Of a DNA stretch of 64,000 nt, positions 40,122-53,952 are shown piece by piece. The position numbers and the translations under genes are program-made. Below the pieces are notes generated by a model that was given only the letters and a program-made list of their open reading frames with translations, ran no database searches and was not told where the DNA came from. The stretch's first letter is position 1, and each line of letters begins with the position of its first letter. Origin of the DNA: Mobula hypostoma (taxonomy: Eukaryota); contig NC_086097.1 of assembly GCF_963921235.1 (NCBI RefSeq), forward strand, positions 9,052,001 to 9,116,000, read 5' to 3'.

Positions 40122-41117
40122 GAGTGTATTAGGGAAATGCCAGAATAAGAAGGAGGGGGGAAGGGAAGCTAAAATTGTTGAGGGTGGGATTGAGCCAGAG
40201 AGAGGGAGAGGGCAGTGTGTTCGGAGGGGGCAAGTTAGAATAGGAGAGATTTTTGATTAAATCAGTGCCTTTATTCGATGTGTGCAAACAGCCATTTCAG
40301 CACAAGCTTTGCAGGCAGTAGCTCTTTGAAATGGTTCAGATTTTGGCTCCAATTAATTTGCATAATCAGAACATAATTTCTAACAGTGGATCAGTGCAAT
40401 CTGATTGCATTTTAAAAGATAATTGTATTGCTTCCTTCCATTAAAACATAGTTTGACATGTTTAATTGTGGTAAACTGGCGTGTTTTATTAATATACAAA
40501 TGCAAGTGAGTTTATCACCAGCAATAAGCCTTTTTCTAATGTGTCTGGTCTACCATCCATGAATAATCAGGTTTTAAATCACTGGAAATTAGAGGTACAT
40601 TTAGAGCTTGCATGTCATAGAGTCATAGAACGCAAGAGCACAGAAATAGGCCCCTTGGCCCATCTTGTCTGTACCAAACTGTTCATCTACATGGTCTTAT
40701 TGACCTGCACCTGGACCATAGTCTGCCTGCTATACCCCTCCCATCCATGTACCTATCCAAATTTTTCTTAAATGTTGAAATCGACCCTGTACAATCATAT
40801 TTTTATTTATAAATTAAGAATTTTCTGGAACATCTAAACACTATCTTTTTGTGCTGGTGTGTTTTGAAAGTGCTTAATTTTGATAGCCTCATCAAAGTCT
40901 CACAACTGCTTTTGGCAGAAACACACTGATTAATCTGGTCTGGTAACCTTGGCCATTTTGATCACTAAATCCCAGCATGATACTTTATAAACTCGCCTCG
41001 CTTAGAATTTAAATTGTAAATTAACTTTTACTGTTCATTTCAGTTGATTTGGCAGACTTTGCCTGAACTACAGACACCAGCACAAACAGGCTGATATCAA
41101 TAGGCACAGTACTCTTC

Positions 41118-41345
41118 AAAACAAAAGATTCGGCAACTGCTGGAAATCCAGAGCAACACACGCAGAATGCTGGAGCAACTCAGCTGATCAGACAGCATCC
41201 ACAGAAACCAGTAAACAGTCGACATTTGGGCCGAGACCATTCATTAATCCTGATGAAAAGTCTCAGACTGAAACATCAACTGTTTATTCATTTCCACAGA
41301 TGTTGCTTGACCTGCTGAGTTCCTCCAGCAATTTGTATCTTGTTC
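41118..41345. mobile_element. Older palindromic Penelope-derived element
   Basis: Diverged inverted arms around CTGATGA-AAAGTCTCAGACT-GAAA-CATC (41250-41277). Confidence 0.75.
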
Positions 41346-42074
41346 TAACCTCCTTCAGATGGGAAAGCAGAGGATACTGGAACAGGAGGAGGGGATTTCA
41401 CTAACCAAGAGCATTACGCCATCTCAGTATATAATATCTAATCCAAATGTCAGTCCATTTAACTGTATGCTCTCAATATTCATTCATATCCTCAAGAATC
41501 AAAAACTAACTGACCTCATTCCTGAACACAACTTTCTGAGAGAGAGCTCCAAGTATCTATTATTCTTTGTGTGAAATGAAAAAAAAGCTGTTAATATTTC
41601 AGGCCAAGAGCCTTCATTAGATCTGGCCATTCTTAGATGGCCCACTTCTGTTTTCAAGATTACATCTTACTGGAAAAAATTCTTAACCTTAATAGAATCG
41701 GGGTTGCTTGGCTCGGCTCAAAGCGCTGGAAGGACCTATTCTGTGCTGTATCACAATAACATAATTTAAAAATAAATTTAAAAAAAGATATTCTGTGCCA
41801 AAATCAAAACATTTTATAAGATATGCCAGATAATATTCCAGATACTTATTCTGATATGACCTGTATGGCAAGATTACTGGGAAAATTGATTTGATTGTGA
41901 AAGTTTGGCAACAAATCAGTGACCTCCTGTGTAGAACAGTTAATTAATCCCATTGTAGATTGTCCATACAGCTGGGTGAAGCATGGAATGGGAAGTTATG
42001 TGGTCCGTCCTGTAAAATCACATTGAATCATCTTTTTAAACTACCTCAGAAAACTCTAGAGCAGCAAATTAGTC

Positions 42075-42680
42075 AGAGTCATAGAAAAGTACAGCGCAGA
42101 AACAGATCTTTTGGTCCATCTAGTCGGTGTTGGCTATTCCTATTGACCTGCATTAGAACCATGGCTCTCCTGTCTCTACCCTCCATGTACCTATCCAAAC
42201 TTCTCTTAAACGTTGAAATCGGGTTCTCACGCACCACTTGTGCTGGCAGTGCATTCCACAGTCTCACCATCCTCTGTGTAAAGAAGTTTCCCCTCATGAT
42301 CCCCTTGAACTTTTACCTTTCACCCTTAACCCATGACATCTGGTTGCAGTCCCACCCAACCTCAGTGGAAAAAGCCTGCTTGCATTTACCCTATCTATAC
42401 CCTTCATAATTTTGTATACCCTTATCAAATCTCCAATCAATCTTCTATGTTCCAAGGAATAAAGTACTAACCTATTCCATCTTTCTTTACAGCTCAGGTC
42501 CTCCCAGTCCTGGCAACATCCTTGCAAATTTTCTTTGTACCCTTTCAATGTTATTTACATCTTTCCTGTAGGTTAGTGACCAAATCTGCTTATAATACTC
42601 CAAAGCAGGCTTCACCAAAGTCTTATACATCCCATCTCCTGTACTCAATACTTTGATTTATGAAGGCCAATGTGCCAATA
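42075..42680 (-). mobile_element. CR1 3' fragment
   Basis: LYSLEHRRLIGDLI, NFFTQRMVRLWNALP. Confidence 0.88.
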
Positions 42681-43194
42681 GCTTTAAAAAGCAACTGGTG
42701 TTGCTTGTATCTGAAGTCAATGTTCAGTTATCAGTGCCATCACTTCAGGGTTAAAGACCCAGAAGCTCTTCAATATTCTGTGTTATTACCATGGCTTGGA
42801 TTTCTCGAAAGTTTCAGGCCAGTTATAGCTACTGCTCAGGGACTAGTATTATAAGATACTAAGTGAGTGTTTTTCAATATTTATGATTTCTTTGATAAGT
42901 GGAGTATTTTTGTGGGCTTAATAAGTTGCATTTATGAATAAGTAATGTTAATAACTTTTAATAAAGCAGTTTAAATGAGCCACCTGATTATCGAAGTTCC
43001 CAGTGAGAGGTAATTGCAATAACTGTGAAAATTTGAGAGTTGTAAAGGGATATGAACAAGCAAAAGCAAAACCTGTAGATACTGGAAATTAAAATAAAAA
43101 CAGAAAATGGTCAAAACACTCAGCTGCTCATTTACATAAAGGAACAAAATTAATGTCTATAGATAGTTAGTTATTGCCTGTTATGCTGCTGGCA

Positions 43195-44160
43195 TTTGAA
43201 TTGGATTGACTTTATTACTTACATCCTTCATATACATGAGGAGTAAAAATCTGAATGTTATATCTCCGTCTAAAAGTGCAATGTGAAATTATAGTAATTA
43301 ATAATAAATATTATGCATGACAGGATAGTCAGTATAACATAGAAATACAATTGCGTCAGCATGAATTAATCAGTCTGATGGCCTGGTGGAAGAAGTTGTC
43401 CTGGAGCCTGTTGGTCCTGGCTTTTCTGCTGCAGTACCGTATCCCAGACAGTAGCAGCTGGAATAGTTTGTGGTTGGGGTGACTCAGGTCCGCAATGATC
43501 CTGTGGGCCCTTTTTACACACCTGTCCCTGTAAATGTCCTGAATAGTGGTAAGTTCACATCCACAGATCCGCACCACTCTCTGCAGAGACCTGTGATTGA
43601 GGGAAGTACAGTTACCATACCAGGCAGTGATGCAGCCAGCCACGATGCTCTCAATTGTGTCCCGATAGAACGTTCTTAGAATTTGGGGTCCCATACCAAA
43701 CTTCCTCAACTGTGTGAGGTGAAAGAGGCGCTCGAGTGCCTTTTTCATCACACAACCCAAATGTACAGACCGCGTGAGATCCTCGGTGATGTTTATGCCG
43801 AGGAACTTAAAGCTGTTCATCTTCTCAACCCCAGATCCATTGATGTCTATAGGGGTGAGCCTGTCTCCATTCCTCCTGTAGTTCACAAACAGCCCCTTTA
43901 TTTTTGCGACATTGAGGGAGAGATTGTTTTCTTGACACCGCTGTGTCATGGTGATGACTTCCTCTCTGTAGGCTGCCTCGTTGTTAGCTGAGATTAGGCC
44001 AATCAGTGTAGTGTCACCAACAAATTTAATTAGCAGATTGGAACTGTGGGTGGTGACACAGTCATGGGTATGCAGAGAGTAATAGAGGGGTCTTAGGACA
44101 CAGCCCTGAGGGGCACCTGTGCTGAGGGTCAGAGGGGCAGAGTAAAGGAGCCCACTCTTA
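43195..44160 (-). mobile_element. Rex1/Babar-type LINE RT 3' half
   Basis: ORF 43356..44276: TGAPQGCVL.P, KFVGDTT, FKFLGINI, ILRTFYR..IESI. Confidence 0.92.
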
Positions 44161-44164
44161 CCAC

Positions 44165-44610
44165 CTTTAGGGCAACAATGAAGATCCTCCATCTTTGTCT
44201 GTCCTTGTCCATCTTCTCTATTGTGCCCCAAGTGTGGTTCAGTGTCCTCATTTCTGCCCTTATGGTAGGGCGCCAAATTGCCTTTAGTGTTAAAGCTTTC
44301 CTCTGCCCTTCAGGGGTTAGTCATGCAAATCCCTGACGGAGACACTGTAGTACCATTGCACACAGATATAAGATTCTTTATTGCTATTTCTGTAGCAATT
44401 TTTTGGTCCAGTCAGGGTTTCTAGCCCTGAGCTGAACCCAACCACCCCCCAGCCTGGAGGTCCGGTGGACCACTCGCACTTTGACCAGTTTGGCAAGGGT
44501 GACCCGACCAAGAGTCGAAGCATAAAACCCTGATTCCAGCTAACATAGCTCTACCTGTTATTGAGGCATGCAAGCCTCAAACCCCTATAACAGGATTGTG
44601 TCCTCTTGAA
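44165..44610 (-). mobile_element. Internally deleted RTE-type element
   Basis: Minus strand WGTIEKMDKDRQRWRIFIVAL (RTE ORF C-terminus) joined to an RTE-like 5'UTR (GAGGCTTGCATGCCTCAAT..GAGCTATG). Confidence 0.6.
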
Positions 44611-44729
44611 GGCAGAGATCCTTTGACAGATCTCAAATGCTAACTTAGTTTCTCACAGATACTGCCTGACGTTCTGAGTATTTTCAGCAATTTGTTTTAG
44701 ACTAAACATAAAAGGGAAGTGTTGGAGAC

Positions 44730-45150
44730 TGTCATTACCACGGATTCAGAAGCGCAGCAGATACGTCAATTGCACTCATGAAAATACACTTGTCAGCTAA
44801 TTATTATTTCATTGTGATGGTACTTAACTCCATTCTTTTCGTCGTAGTGCTTGCAGAGACTTGAGCAAAGCACTGCAACGTTTCGCTGCCTGCTTGCATT
44901 CAGCCTTGCCTGAGAAATTGGACTGTTGAGTCAACTGACTCTGAAGACTATTCATATTATATTTAGTTATTCTTTTCAACCACAGTGTTGTCTTTGTTTT
45001 CCATTTAAGAGTTTCAGTTAACAGCCCTATTTGGCCTGGCATTTATTGTTTTCCTTTCCCTCTAACTCTGTTTGCATTAAAGTCTGTGAACTTTCAACCT
45101 ACTTCAGTGTCTCTCAATCTGCACTTGGGCCATATCCGAACATAGTGACA
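44730..45150 (+). mobile_element. Gypsy-type solo LTR (421 bp) with 5-bp TSD
   Basis: GAGAC|TGTCATTA...TAGTGACA|GAGAC; ATTAAA near 45077. Confidence 0.85.
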
Positions 45151-45420
45151 GAGACAACTCCAAGATAAAAACAGAGCATATTTTCCAGTGCATTTCTCTA
45201 GAGTTCGCATATAACTTCTGAATCACATTGAAGGATAACATTTTCATCAGGTCTATCTAACCTGAAAGCCAGTTCAGAGTAGAGTCCACATAACTTCTCA
45301 TACTCTCTGCATGCAGTTCTGGTCACTTACCTACAGGAAATTGTCAAGAAATTTATTATTTTGCGGCAGCAGTACTTGCAATACATCGTAATAAAAACTA
45401 TAAATTACAATAAGAAATAT

Positions 45421-48400
45421 TTGGAAGTCTTGTTGATCACTGAACTTGGAAAAATTGAAGCAGATGTTTCAGCTCTAATCGAGAAACCATCATCAGTGTT
45501 CAGTTGAGGGTATTGACTACTCAGAAGGCCTGCTTATATATTCCTCTGGAGTCTGAATGGATATTGATTAGACGTTGTGATCCGGTTGACTGGTTCAAAA
45601 CACAGTGAACAGTTTAGCAGTAGAAGATTCTGATTGACTAGCTTCGAGGGAGGTCCAGTGGAAGTGATTGTTTCACTGTTCAGATCCTGAGAATACTGGT
45701 GATTCATTGATTGTTGATGTTGTTGTTTCTCGTTTCTGCGTAAGGGTTCATATACCAGACCTACGTTGATGTGTTTGTTGATGGATCCTTCTGCAGAGAA
45801 CCGCACTTTGATAAAATCTTGTTCTTTTCTTGTTCTTGCTTGAGTCAAGATTCTGGATGTCGTCCATTTGCAATAGTGCCCTTCTTCAGAAGAAGAAGGA
45901 GTTGTATGACGTGTATAGGAAGCAGGGAGTAAATAAGGTGCTTGAGGAGTATAAGAAGTGCAAGAAAATACTTAAGAAAGAAATCAGGAGGGCTAAAAGA
46001 AGACATGAGGTTGCCTTGGCAGTCAAAGTGAAGGATAATCCAAAGAGCTTTTACAGGTATATTAAGAGCAAAAGGATTGTAAGGGATAAAATTGGTCCTC
46101 TTGAAGATCAGGGTGGTCGGCTATGTGCGGAACCAAAGGAAATGGGGGAGATCTTACATAGGCTTTTTGCGTCTGTGTTTACTAAGGAAACTGGCATGAA
46201 GTCTATGGAATTAAGGGAAACAAGTAGTGAGATCATGGAAACTGTACAAATCGAAAAGGAGAAAGTCCTTGCTGTCTTGAAGAAAATTAAAGTGGATAAA
46301 TCCCCGGGACCTGACAGGGTGTTCCCTCGGACCTTGAAGGAGACTTGTGTTGAAATTGCAGGGGCCCTGGCTGAAATATTTAAAATGTCACTGTCTACAG
46401 GTGAGGTGCCGGAGGATTGGAGAGTGGCTCATGTTGTTCCGTTGTTTAAAAAAAGATTGAAAAGTAATCCGGGAAATTATAGGCCAGTAAGTTTAACGTC
46501 GGTAGTAGGTAAGTTTTTTGGAAGGAGTACTAAGAGACAGAATCTACAAGCATTTGGATAGACTGGGACTTATTAGGGAGAGTCAACATGGCTTTGTGCG
46601 TGGTAGGTCATGTTTGACCAATCTATTGGAGTTTTTCGAGGAGGTTACCAGGAAAGTGGATGAAGGGAAGGCAGTGGATATTGTCCACATGGAGGTAAGG
46701 CCTTTGACAAGGTCCCGCATGGGAGGTTAGTTAGGAAAATTCAGTCGCTAGGTATACATGGAGAGGTGGTAAATTGGATTAGATATTGGCTCGATGGAAG
46801 AAGCCAGAGAGTGGTGGTAGAGAATTGCTTCTCTGAGTGGAGGCCTGTGACTAGTGGTGTGCCACAGGGATCAGTGCTGGGTCCATTGTTATTTGTCATC
46901 TATATCAATGATCTGGATGATAATGTGGTAAGTTGGATCAGCAAGTTTGCTGATGATACAAAGATTGGAGGTGTAGTAGACCGTGAGGAAGGTTTTCAGA
47001 GCCTGCAGAGGGACTTGGACCAGTTGGAAAAATGGGCTGAAAAATGGCAGATGGAGTTTAATACTGACAAGTGTGAGGTATTGCACGTTGGAAGGACAAA
47101 CCAACGTAGAACATACAGGGTTAATGGTAAGGCACTGAAGAGTGCAGTGGAACAGAGGGATCTGGGAATACAGATACAAAATTCCCTAAAAGTGGTGTCA
47201 CAGGTAGATAGGGTCATAAAGAGAGCTTTTGGTACATTGGCCTTTATTAATCAAAGTATTGAGTATAAGAGCTAGAATGTTATGATGTGGTTGTATAAGG
47301 CATTGGTGAGGCCGAATCTGGAGTATTGTGTTCAGTTTTGGTCACCAAATTACAGGAAGGATATAAATAAGGTTGAAAGAGTGCAGTGAAGGTTTACAAG
47401 GATGTTGCCGGGACTTGAGAAACTCAGTTACAGAGAAAGGTTGAATAGGTTGGGACTTTATTCCCTGGAGCGTAGAAGAATGAGGGGAGATTTGATAGAG
47501 GTATATAAAATTATGATGGGTATAGATAGAGTGAATGCAAGTAGGCTTTTTCCACTGAGGCAAGGGGAGAAAAAAACCAGAGGACATGGGTTAAGGGTGA
47601 GGGGGGAAAAGTTTAAAAGGAACATTAGGGTGGGCTTCTTCACACAAAGAGTGGTGGAAGTATGGAATGAGCTGCCAGACGAGGTGGTAAATGCGGGTTC
47701 TTTTTTAACATTTATGAATAACTTGGACAGATACATGGTCCGTGTGCAGGTCAGTGGGACTAGGCAGAAAATGGTTCGGCACAGCCAGGAAGGGCCAAAA
47801 GGCCTGTTTCTGTGCTGTAGTTTCTATGATTTCTATGGTTTCATCTTCATGAGCTGATACTAGCGAGAATGGGTTGTGCCTTGTGTGCGCTAGCTGATGT
47901 TCATGTAGATTGGTCCACAGTTTTCTTCCTCTTTGACCAATGCAGTACTTGTTGCAGTCACTACACTGATTTTGTAGATAACATTTATTATATCAGTCAC
48001 ATTTTGTTGCCCTTTGAGTTTTGAATGGTTCCTCCTCAAAGTAGCAGTCAGTTTGTGAGCAACTGTGGTGTTACTGAAGAAGTCTGACTCTCATTTTTGA
48101 GATATTCTTTATGAAAAGCGATACTATTCGTTTATTTATAGTTTGTGTAGTTTGCATATTCAGATTTCTGACCTTGAGGCACCTTTGGATAAAGCATCTT
48201 GGATATCTGTTCTGTTGGAATATTTTGAAGAGGCGCTTTCCTTCTTCAAGTTCTTTCATAAAGAAAATCTCAAAAATTACAGTAAGACTGCTTCAGCAAT
48301 CACCTGCACTGGACCTCCCTTGAAGCTGGCCAACCAGAATCTTCTACTGCTAAACTGTTCATGGTGTTTTGAACCAGCCACCTGGATCAGGACAGCTAAT

Positions 48401-48580
48401 TAATATCCATTCAGACCCTGGAGGAGTATGTAAGCTGGCATTCTGAGGAGATAACACCCTCAATTGCGCACTGAGGATGGTTTCTCTATTGGAGCAGAAA
48501 CATCAGCAAACATTTTGTCAAGCTCAGCGTCAACCAAGCTTCCAAGTAGCCAACTGAGCTACCAATCCATAATTTTCCAA
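45421..48580 (-). mobile_element. Penelope element: GIY-YIG end plus inverted pLTR, split by CR1
   Basis: FQQNRYP..IQRCLK..FIKNISK..RLL (48071-48259); HNPFSLVSAHEDE|EGH..W..QARTRK..SINKHI; inverted repeats 45421-45670 and 48295-48546, each with a hammerhead motif. Confidence 0.82.
45889..47839 (+). mobile_element. 5'-truncated CR1 LINE
   Basis: ORFs 45830, 46518, 46766 and 47402 carry CR1 RT motifs; TTCA at both junctions. Confidence 0.95.
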
Positions 48581-49724
48581 ACAAGAAGTATACTTAAAAA
48601 ATTAAATTGAAAAATTAGTGCAAAAAATAGTGAGGTAGTGTACATTCAGACTAGTAGGGTTCATTGTCCATTCAGAAATCTGATGGTAGAGAGGAAGAAG
48701 CTGTTTCTGAAACATTGAGTGTGTGATCAGACTCCTGTCCCTCCTCCTTATTGAGAAGTGCGAACGTCCTAGGAGATGGGGGGTCCTTAAAGATGGATTC
48801 CGCCTTTCTGAGGCATTGATAGAGAGGGCTATAGATGTAGATATATATGAGGAGTACAGATATAGATATAGATATATATGAAGAATATAGATATAGATGT
48901 GGAAATATATGAGGAGTATAGATAGGAAAAAAGCAAGCAGTTTTTTTTTCCATTCAGGTTGGATGAGACTACAACTAGTGGTCATGGGTTTAGGGTGAAA
49001 AGGTGAAAGGTGAACTGTTTAAGTGAAACATCAGGGGGAACATCTTCACTCCGAGGGTGGTGTGAGTGTGGAGTGAGTTGCCAGTGGAAGTGGTGGAATA
49101 TAGTTCAATATTCATAGTTAATAGAAATTTGGATAGGTACATGGATGGGAGGAGTGTAGAGAGCTATGGTCCAGGTGCAAGTCAATGGGACTAAGCAGGT
49201 TATAAGTTCAACGTAGACTAGTTGGACCAAAAGGTCTGTTTCTGAATGGCAGTGGTCTATGACTCTACGACTATAACCTGCTTAAAAATATCTAACTGTT
49301 ACAGTAATTTCCAGCGGTATTTAACTGTGGCACGTGAACATTTATGCAACAGGAACAGATTGCACATAGAGCAATGGTGTTTTCAACCTTGCACGCAAAA
49401 TGTGAACAATTCACTCCTGGTGTCTATTATCTAGAGCAATTTTGAGGTTTTTATTTCCAACCATACTGTTATAGTCAATGAAGCAATCACAGCCAGAGAT
49501 CAGCAATGTATTCTTCTAACAAAATGTGTAACCATTATTTGAAAAATGACATTAAAAGAGGTTGAGTGGCAAGCCATACTGATATGTAGAAAATAGGTTG
49601 CAAAAGTAGGTTGTTAAACGGGAAATAAAGTACTAGAAGTAAAGATGCTACAAAATAGCAAATTTCATGACTTACTCCAGTGACAAGAAAACTGATTCTC
49701 ATTTTGATTCTGTATTCCATGAGA

Positions 49725-52330
49725 TCAGAAGATCAGAAGATATAGGAGCAGATGTAGGCCATTTGGCCCATCAAGTCTGCTCCTCCATTCAATCATGGGC
49801 TGATCCAATTCTTCCAGTCATCCCAACTCCCTTGTTTTCTCCCCATACCCTTTAATGGCCAGGCTAATCAAGGACCTATCTATCTCTGCCTTAGATGCAC
49901 CCAGTGACTTGGCCTCCACAGCCACTCGTGGCAACAAATTCAACAGATTTACCACCCTCTGACTAAAGTAATTTCTCCGCATCTCAGTTCTAAAAGGACG
50001 TCCTTCAATCCTGAATTCGTGCCCTCTTGTCCTAAATTCCCCTGCCATGGGAAATAACTTTGCCATATCTAATCGGTTCAGGCCTTTTAACATTCGGAAT
50101 GTTTCTATGAGACCCCCTTCATTCTCATGAACTCCAAGGAATACAGACCAAGAGCTGCCAGATGGTCCTCATACCCTTTCATTCCTGGAGACATTCTTGT
50201 GAATCTTCTCTGAATCCTCTCCAACGTCAATATATCCTTTATAAAATAGGGAGCCCAAAACAGCACACAATACTGTGCGGTTATAATAGTGGTTAATAAT
50301 AGTGTGGTTTCATGAGTGCCTTATAGAGCCTCAACATCACATCCCTGCTCTTATATTCTATACCTTTAGAAATGAATGCCAACATTGCATTCACCTTCTT
50401 CGCAAACAACCCAAACTGGAGTTTAACCTTTAGGGCATCTTGCACAAGGACTTCCAAGTCCCTTTGCATCTCTGCATTTTGAATTCTCTCCCCATCTAAA
50501 TAATACTTTGCCCGTTTATTTCTTCCACCAAAATGCATGACCATACACTTTCCAACGTTGTATTTCATTTGCCACTTCTTTGCCCATTCCCCTAAACTAT
50601 CTAAGTCTCTATGCAAGCTCTCTGTTTCTTCAACACTACCCGCTCCTCCACCTATCTTTGTATCATCGGCAAATTTAGCTACAAATCCATTAATCCCATA
50701 GTCCAAATCATTGACATACTTCGTAAAAAGCAGCAGTCCCAATACTGACCCCTGTGGAATGCCACCGGTAACCGGCAACCAGCCAGAATAGGATCACTTT
50801 ATTCCCACTCTCTGCTTTCTGCTGATCAGCCATTACTCCACCCATATTAGTAACTTGTCTGTAATTCCATGGGTTCTTATCTTGCTAAGCAGCCTCCTGT
50901 GTGGCACCCTGTCAAAGGCCTTCTGAAAATCCAAGTACACCACATCCACTGCATCTCCTTCGCCTACCCTGCTTGTAATTTCCTCAAAAAATTGCAGTAG
51001 GTTAGTCCGGCAAGATTTCCCTTTCAGGAAACCATGCTGGCTTTGGACTATCTTGTCATGTGTCTCCAGGTACTCCGTAATCTCATCCCTAACTATCGAT
51101 TCCAACAACTTTCCAACCACTGATATCAGGCTAACAGGTCATAGTTTCCTTTCTGCTGCCTCCCACCCTTCTAAAATCGCAGAGTAACATTTGCAATTTT
51201 CCAGTCATCCGGGATAATGCCAAAATCTCTCAATTCTTGAAAGATCATTGTTAATGTCTCCGCAATCTCTCCGACTACTTCCTTCAGAACCCAAGGGTGC
51301 ATTCCATCAGATCCAGGAGATTTATCCACCCTCAGACCATTAAGCTTCCTGAGCACCTTTTCAGTCGTAATTTTCACTGCACATACTTCACTTTCCTGAC
51401 ACTCTTGAATGTCTGATATACTGCAGACGTCTTCCACTGTGAGGACTAATGTAAAATATGCATTCAGTTCCTCTGTAATCTCTGTGTCTCTCATTATGAT
51501 ATCTCCAGTGTCATTTTGCATTGGTCCTATATCTACCCTTAACTCTCTTTTACCCTTTATATACTTAAAACAGCTTTTATTCTTTGATATTAGTCACCAG
51601 CTTCCTTTTATAATCCATCTTTTCCTTCCAAATGACTTTCTTCGTTTCCTTCTGCAAGTTTTTAAAAGCTTCCAAATCCTCGATCTTCCCACTAGCCTTG
51701 CCTTCATTGTATGCCCTTTCTTTTGCTTTTGCTTTGGCTCTGACTTCATTTGTCAGCCATGATAGTGTTCTTCTTCCATTTGAAAATTTCTTCTTACATA
51801 GAAACATAGAAAATAGGTGCAGGAGTAGGCCATTCGGCCCTTCGAGCCTGCACCGACATTCAGCATAATCATGGCTGATCATCCAGCTCAGAACCCTGTA
51901 CCAGCCTTCCCTCCATACCCCCGATCCCTTTAACCACAAGGGCCATATCTAACTCCCTCTTAAATATAGCCAGTGAACTGGCCTCAACTGTTTCCCGTGG
52001 CAGAGAATTCCACAGATTCTTATTTGGATATATCTGTCTTGCGCTTCCCTCATTATTCACAGAAACTCCAGCCATTGCTGCTCTGCTGTCCTTCCTGCTA
52101 GTGCCCCTTTCCAGTTAACCTTGGCCAGTTCCCCTCTCATACCATTGTAATTTTCTTTATTCCACTGAAATACCCATACATTGGAATTTAGTTTCTCCTT
52201 TTCAAATTTCAAAGTGAATGCGAGCATATTGTGATCACTGTTCCCTAAGGGTTCCTTAAACTTAGGTTCTCTGGATCATTGCACAATACCCAATCCAGCA
52301 CAGCCGATCCCTTAGTGGGCTCAACAACAG
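49725..52330 (-). mobile_element. 5'-truncated CR1 (same subfamily as 1932-4188) with a CR1 tail inserted at 51797-52016
   Basis: RT motifs; TTCTTA duplicated at 51791-96 and 52017-22; empty site visible at ~3955-3970. Confidence 0.93.
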
Positions 52331-52814
52331 CAAGCTGTACTAGATAGTGGTTCCCATTACAATGGGGAGATGAAGGAAGAGGTCTTCTTTCTCTGTTCAT
52401 CTAATTAGTGAACTAGAACACAGAACAGTTTCAGCCCACAATGTTGCACCAATCAGCTGAAAAGTAAGTCAAAAACCCCCAAACATTGATCCCTCCTCTC
52501 TCCATAATGTCCATACCCTCCATCTCCCTCATTCATGTGCCTACCTAAACATCTGTTAAAAGACTTTAATGTATTTGCCTCTGCTGGCATACCAGGCATC
52601 CACTGCTCTCTAGTAGAAAGCTAACCCCTCACATCTCCTTTGAACCTACCCCTATCCTATGAATATGTTTTCAGTCTGGATTTGAAAGAAATTTAGTCCA
52701 AAATTTTATCCACATGGCAGCCCTGTGTGTATTAACATTGGGTGACATACAACAACCAGGACTTTCAGTTGTTTCACATTACTGTAGACATTTGACTGGT
52801 AATATCCATGTCTC

Positions 52815-53072
52815 AATGGGTAACGTTGGGTACCCACATGGGCGCCAGCCATATCTGCCGTTTTGTTGGCTACATAGAACAGTAGGTAGTGCTCCTCAAC
52901 TCCTTCATTGATGACTACACCGGTGCTGCTTCACGAACCCATATTCTGCTTGTCAATTTCATCAACTTTGCCTCCAACTTCCACCCTGCCGATAAGTTCA
53001 CTTGGTCCATATCTAAAACCTTTCTCCTCTTTCATCTCCTCCCTTACCTCCATTCAGGGCCCCAAACAGTAG
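52815..53072 (+). pseudogene. Penelope-type reverse transcriptase fragment
   Basis: GTHMGAS...FVGYIEQ and FIDDYTGAAS.TH..LVNFINFASNFHPA.KFTWSIS. Confidence 0.8.
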
Positions 53073-53952
53073 TAATGAGAAGAGGGCAATTGCCTGTGCA
53101 ATGGGGAGTCCTTAATGAAGGATGCTGCCTTCTTGAAGCATTGCCTTTTGAAGATGTCCTGAATGCCGTCAAAACATCTGAACAGAACTGGTCCCAAAGT
53201 GTTGGAAATCTAAGGGGAGAAACAAAAAAAATATTTGGGATAACAGCAAACAAAAATATATTGTCTTTGCAATTTTAGATTGGATGGGAAAGTAAAGATA
53301 AGTGATGAAATAAAATATTGCAACAGAAGTCTGTGATGGTTAAGTAGCAACTTATTCACTGCCAATATTAAGACAATGTTGAAAGGATGAGATGTGAAGA
53401 CAATTGGTTTATTTGACCCATCACTGACACAAGGCAACAGCGCATCAGTTGTTAGGCCAATTTCTGGTCCTCCTGGTCATGTTGGCAGGTTAGCAGAACC
53501 ACAATGATCGCATCCTTGTGTTGGCAAAAGTGCTTCACTTCATTCACGACAATCCTGGCAGCCGTCAAGATTAGCTCAGTAAACTCTCCTCCGATTCCAA
53601 ATACCAAAACTAAAACTGGCAAGGAGTAGCTTCCTGTGGTTCAGCTCTGTTTCCTAATGCATTGAACATGGTAGGGTATATGCACACAAATCAAAGTGGC
53701 CTAAGAGACACGTAATGAGAATCGTGTGATGATTTGCATTCCCCTTGAGTATAATGTGGACATGAATCATTCTTCCAAGTCATAATGAGCAGCAAAAGTC
53801 AACATGACTCAGTTAATTGATATAAAGTGGACATACAGGAAGGAATCAATCCTTTCAGCCCATCTATTCCATGTTGACCAAGATGCCCCATCAAGCTAGT
53901 ATATTTTGTCAGTATTTGGACTGTAGTCTTCTAAACTTTTTCTAGTTATAAT

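Noticed and set aside
43356..44276. 306-aa ORF as a host gene
   Set aside because: It is a Rex1-type RT fragment (GDT in place of the catalytic DD) fused by chance to out-of-frame RTE sequence
48830..48925. Y/I-rich ORFs
   Set aside because: (ATAG/ATAT)n low-complexity sequence
53279..53488. 210-nt plus-strand exon-like segment (ttttag|...|gttagc)
   Set aside because: Stops in all frames (two in-frame TGA in the best one); no support for selenocysteine recoding
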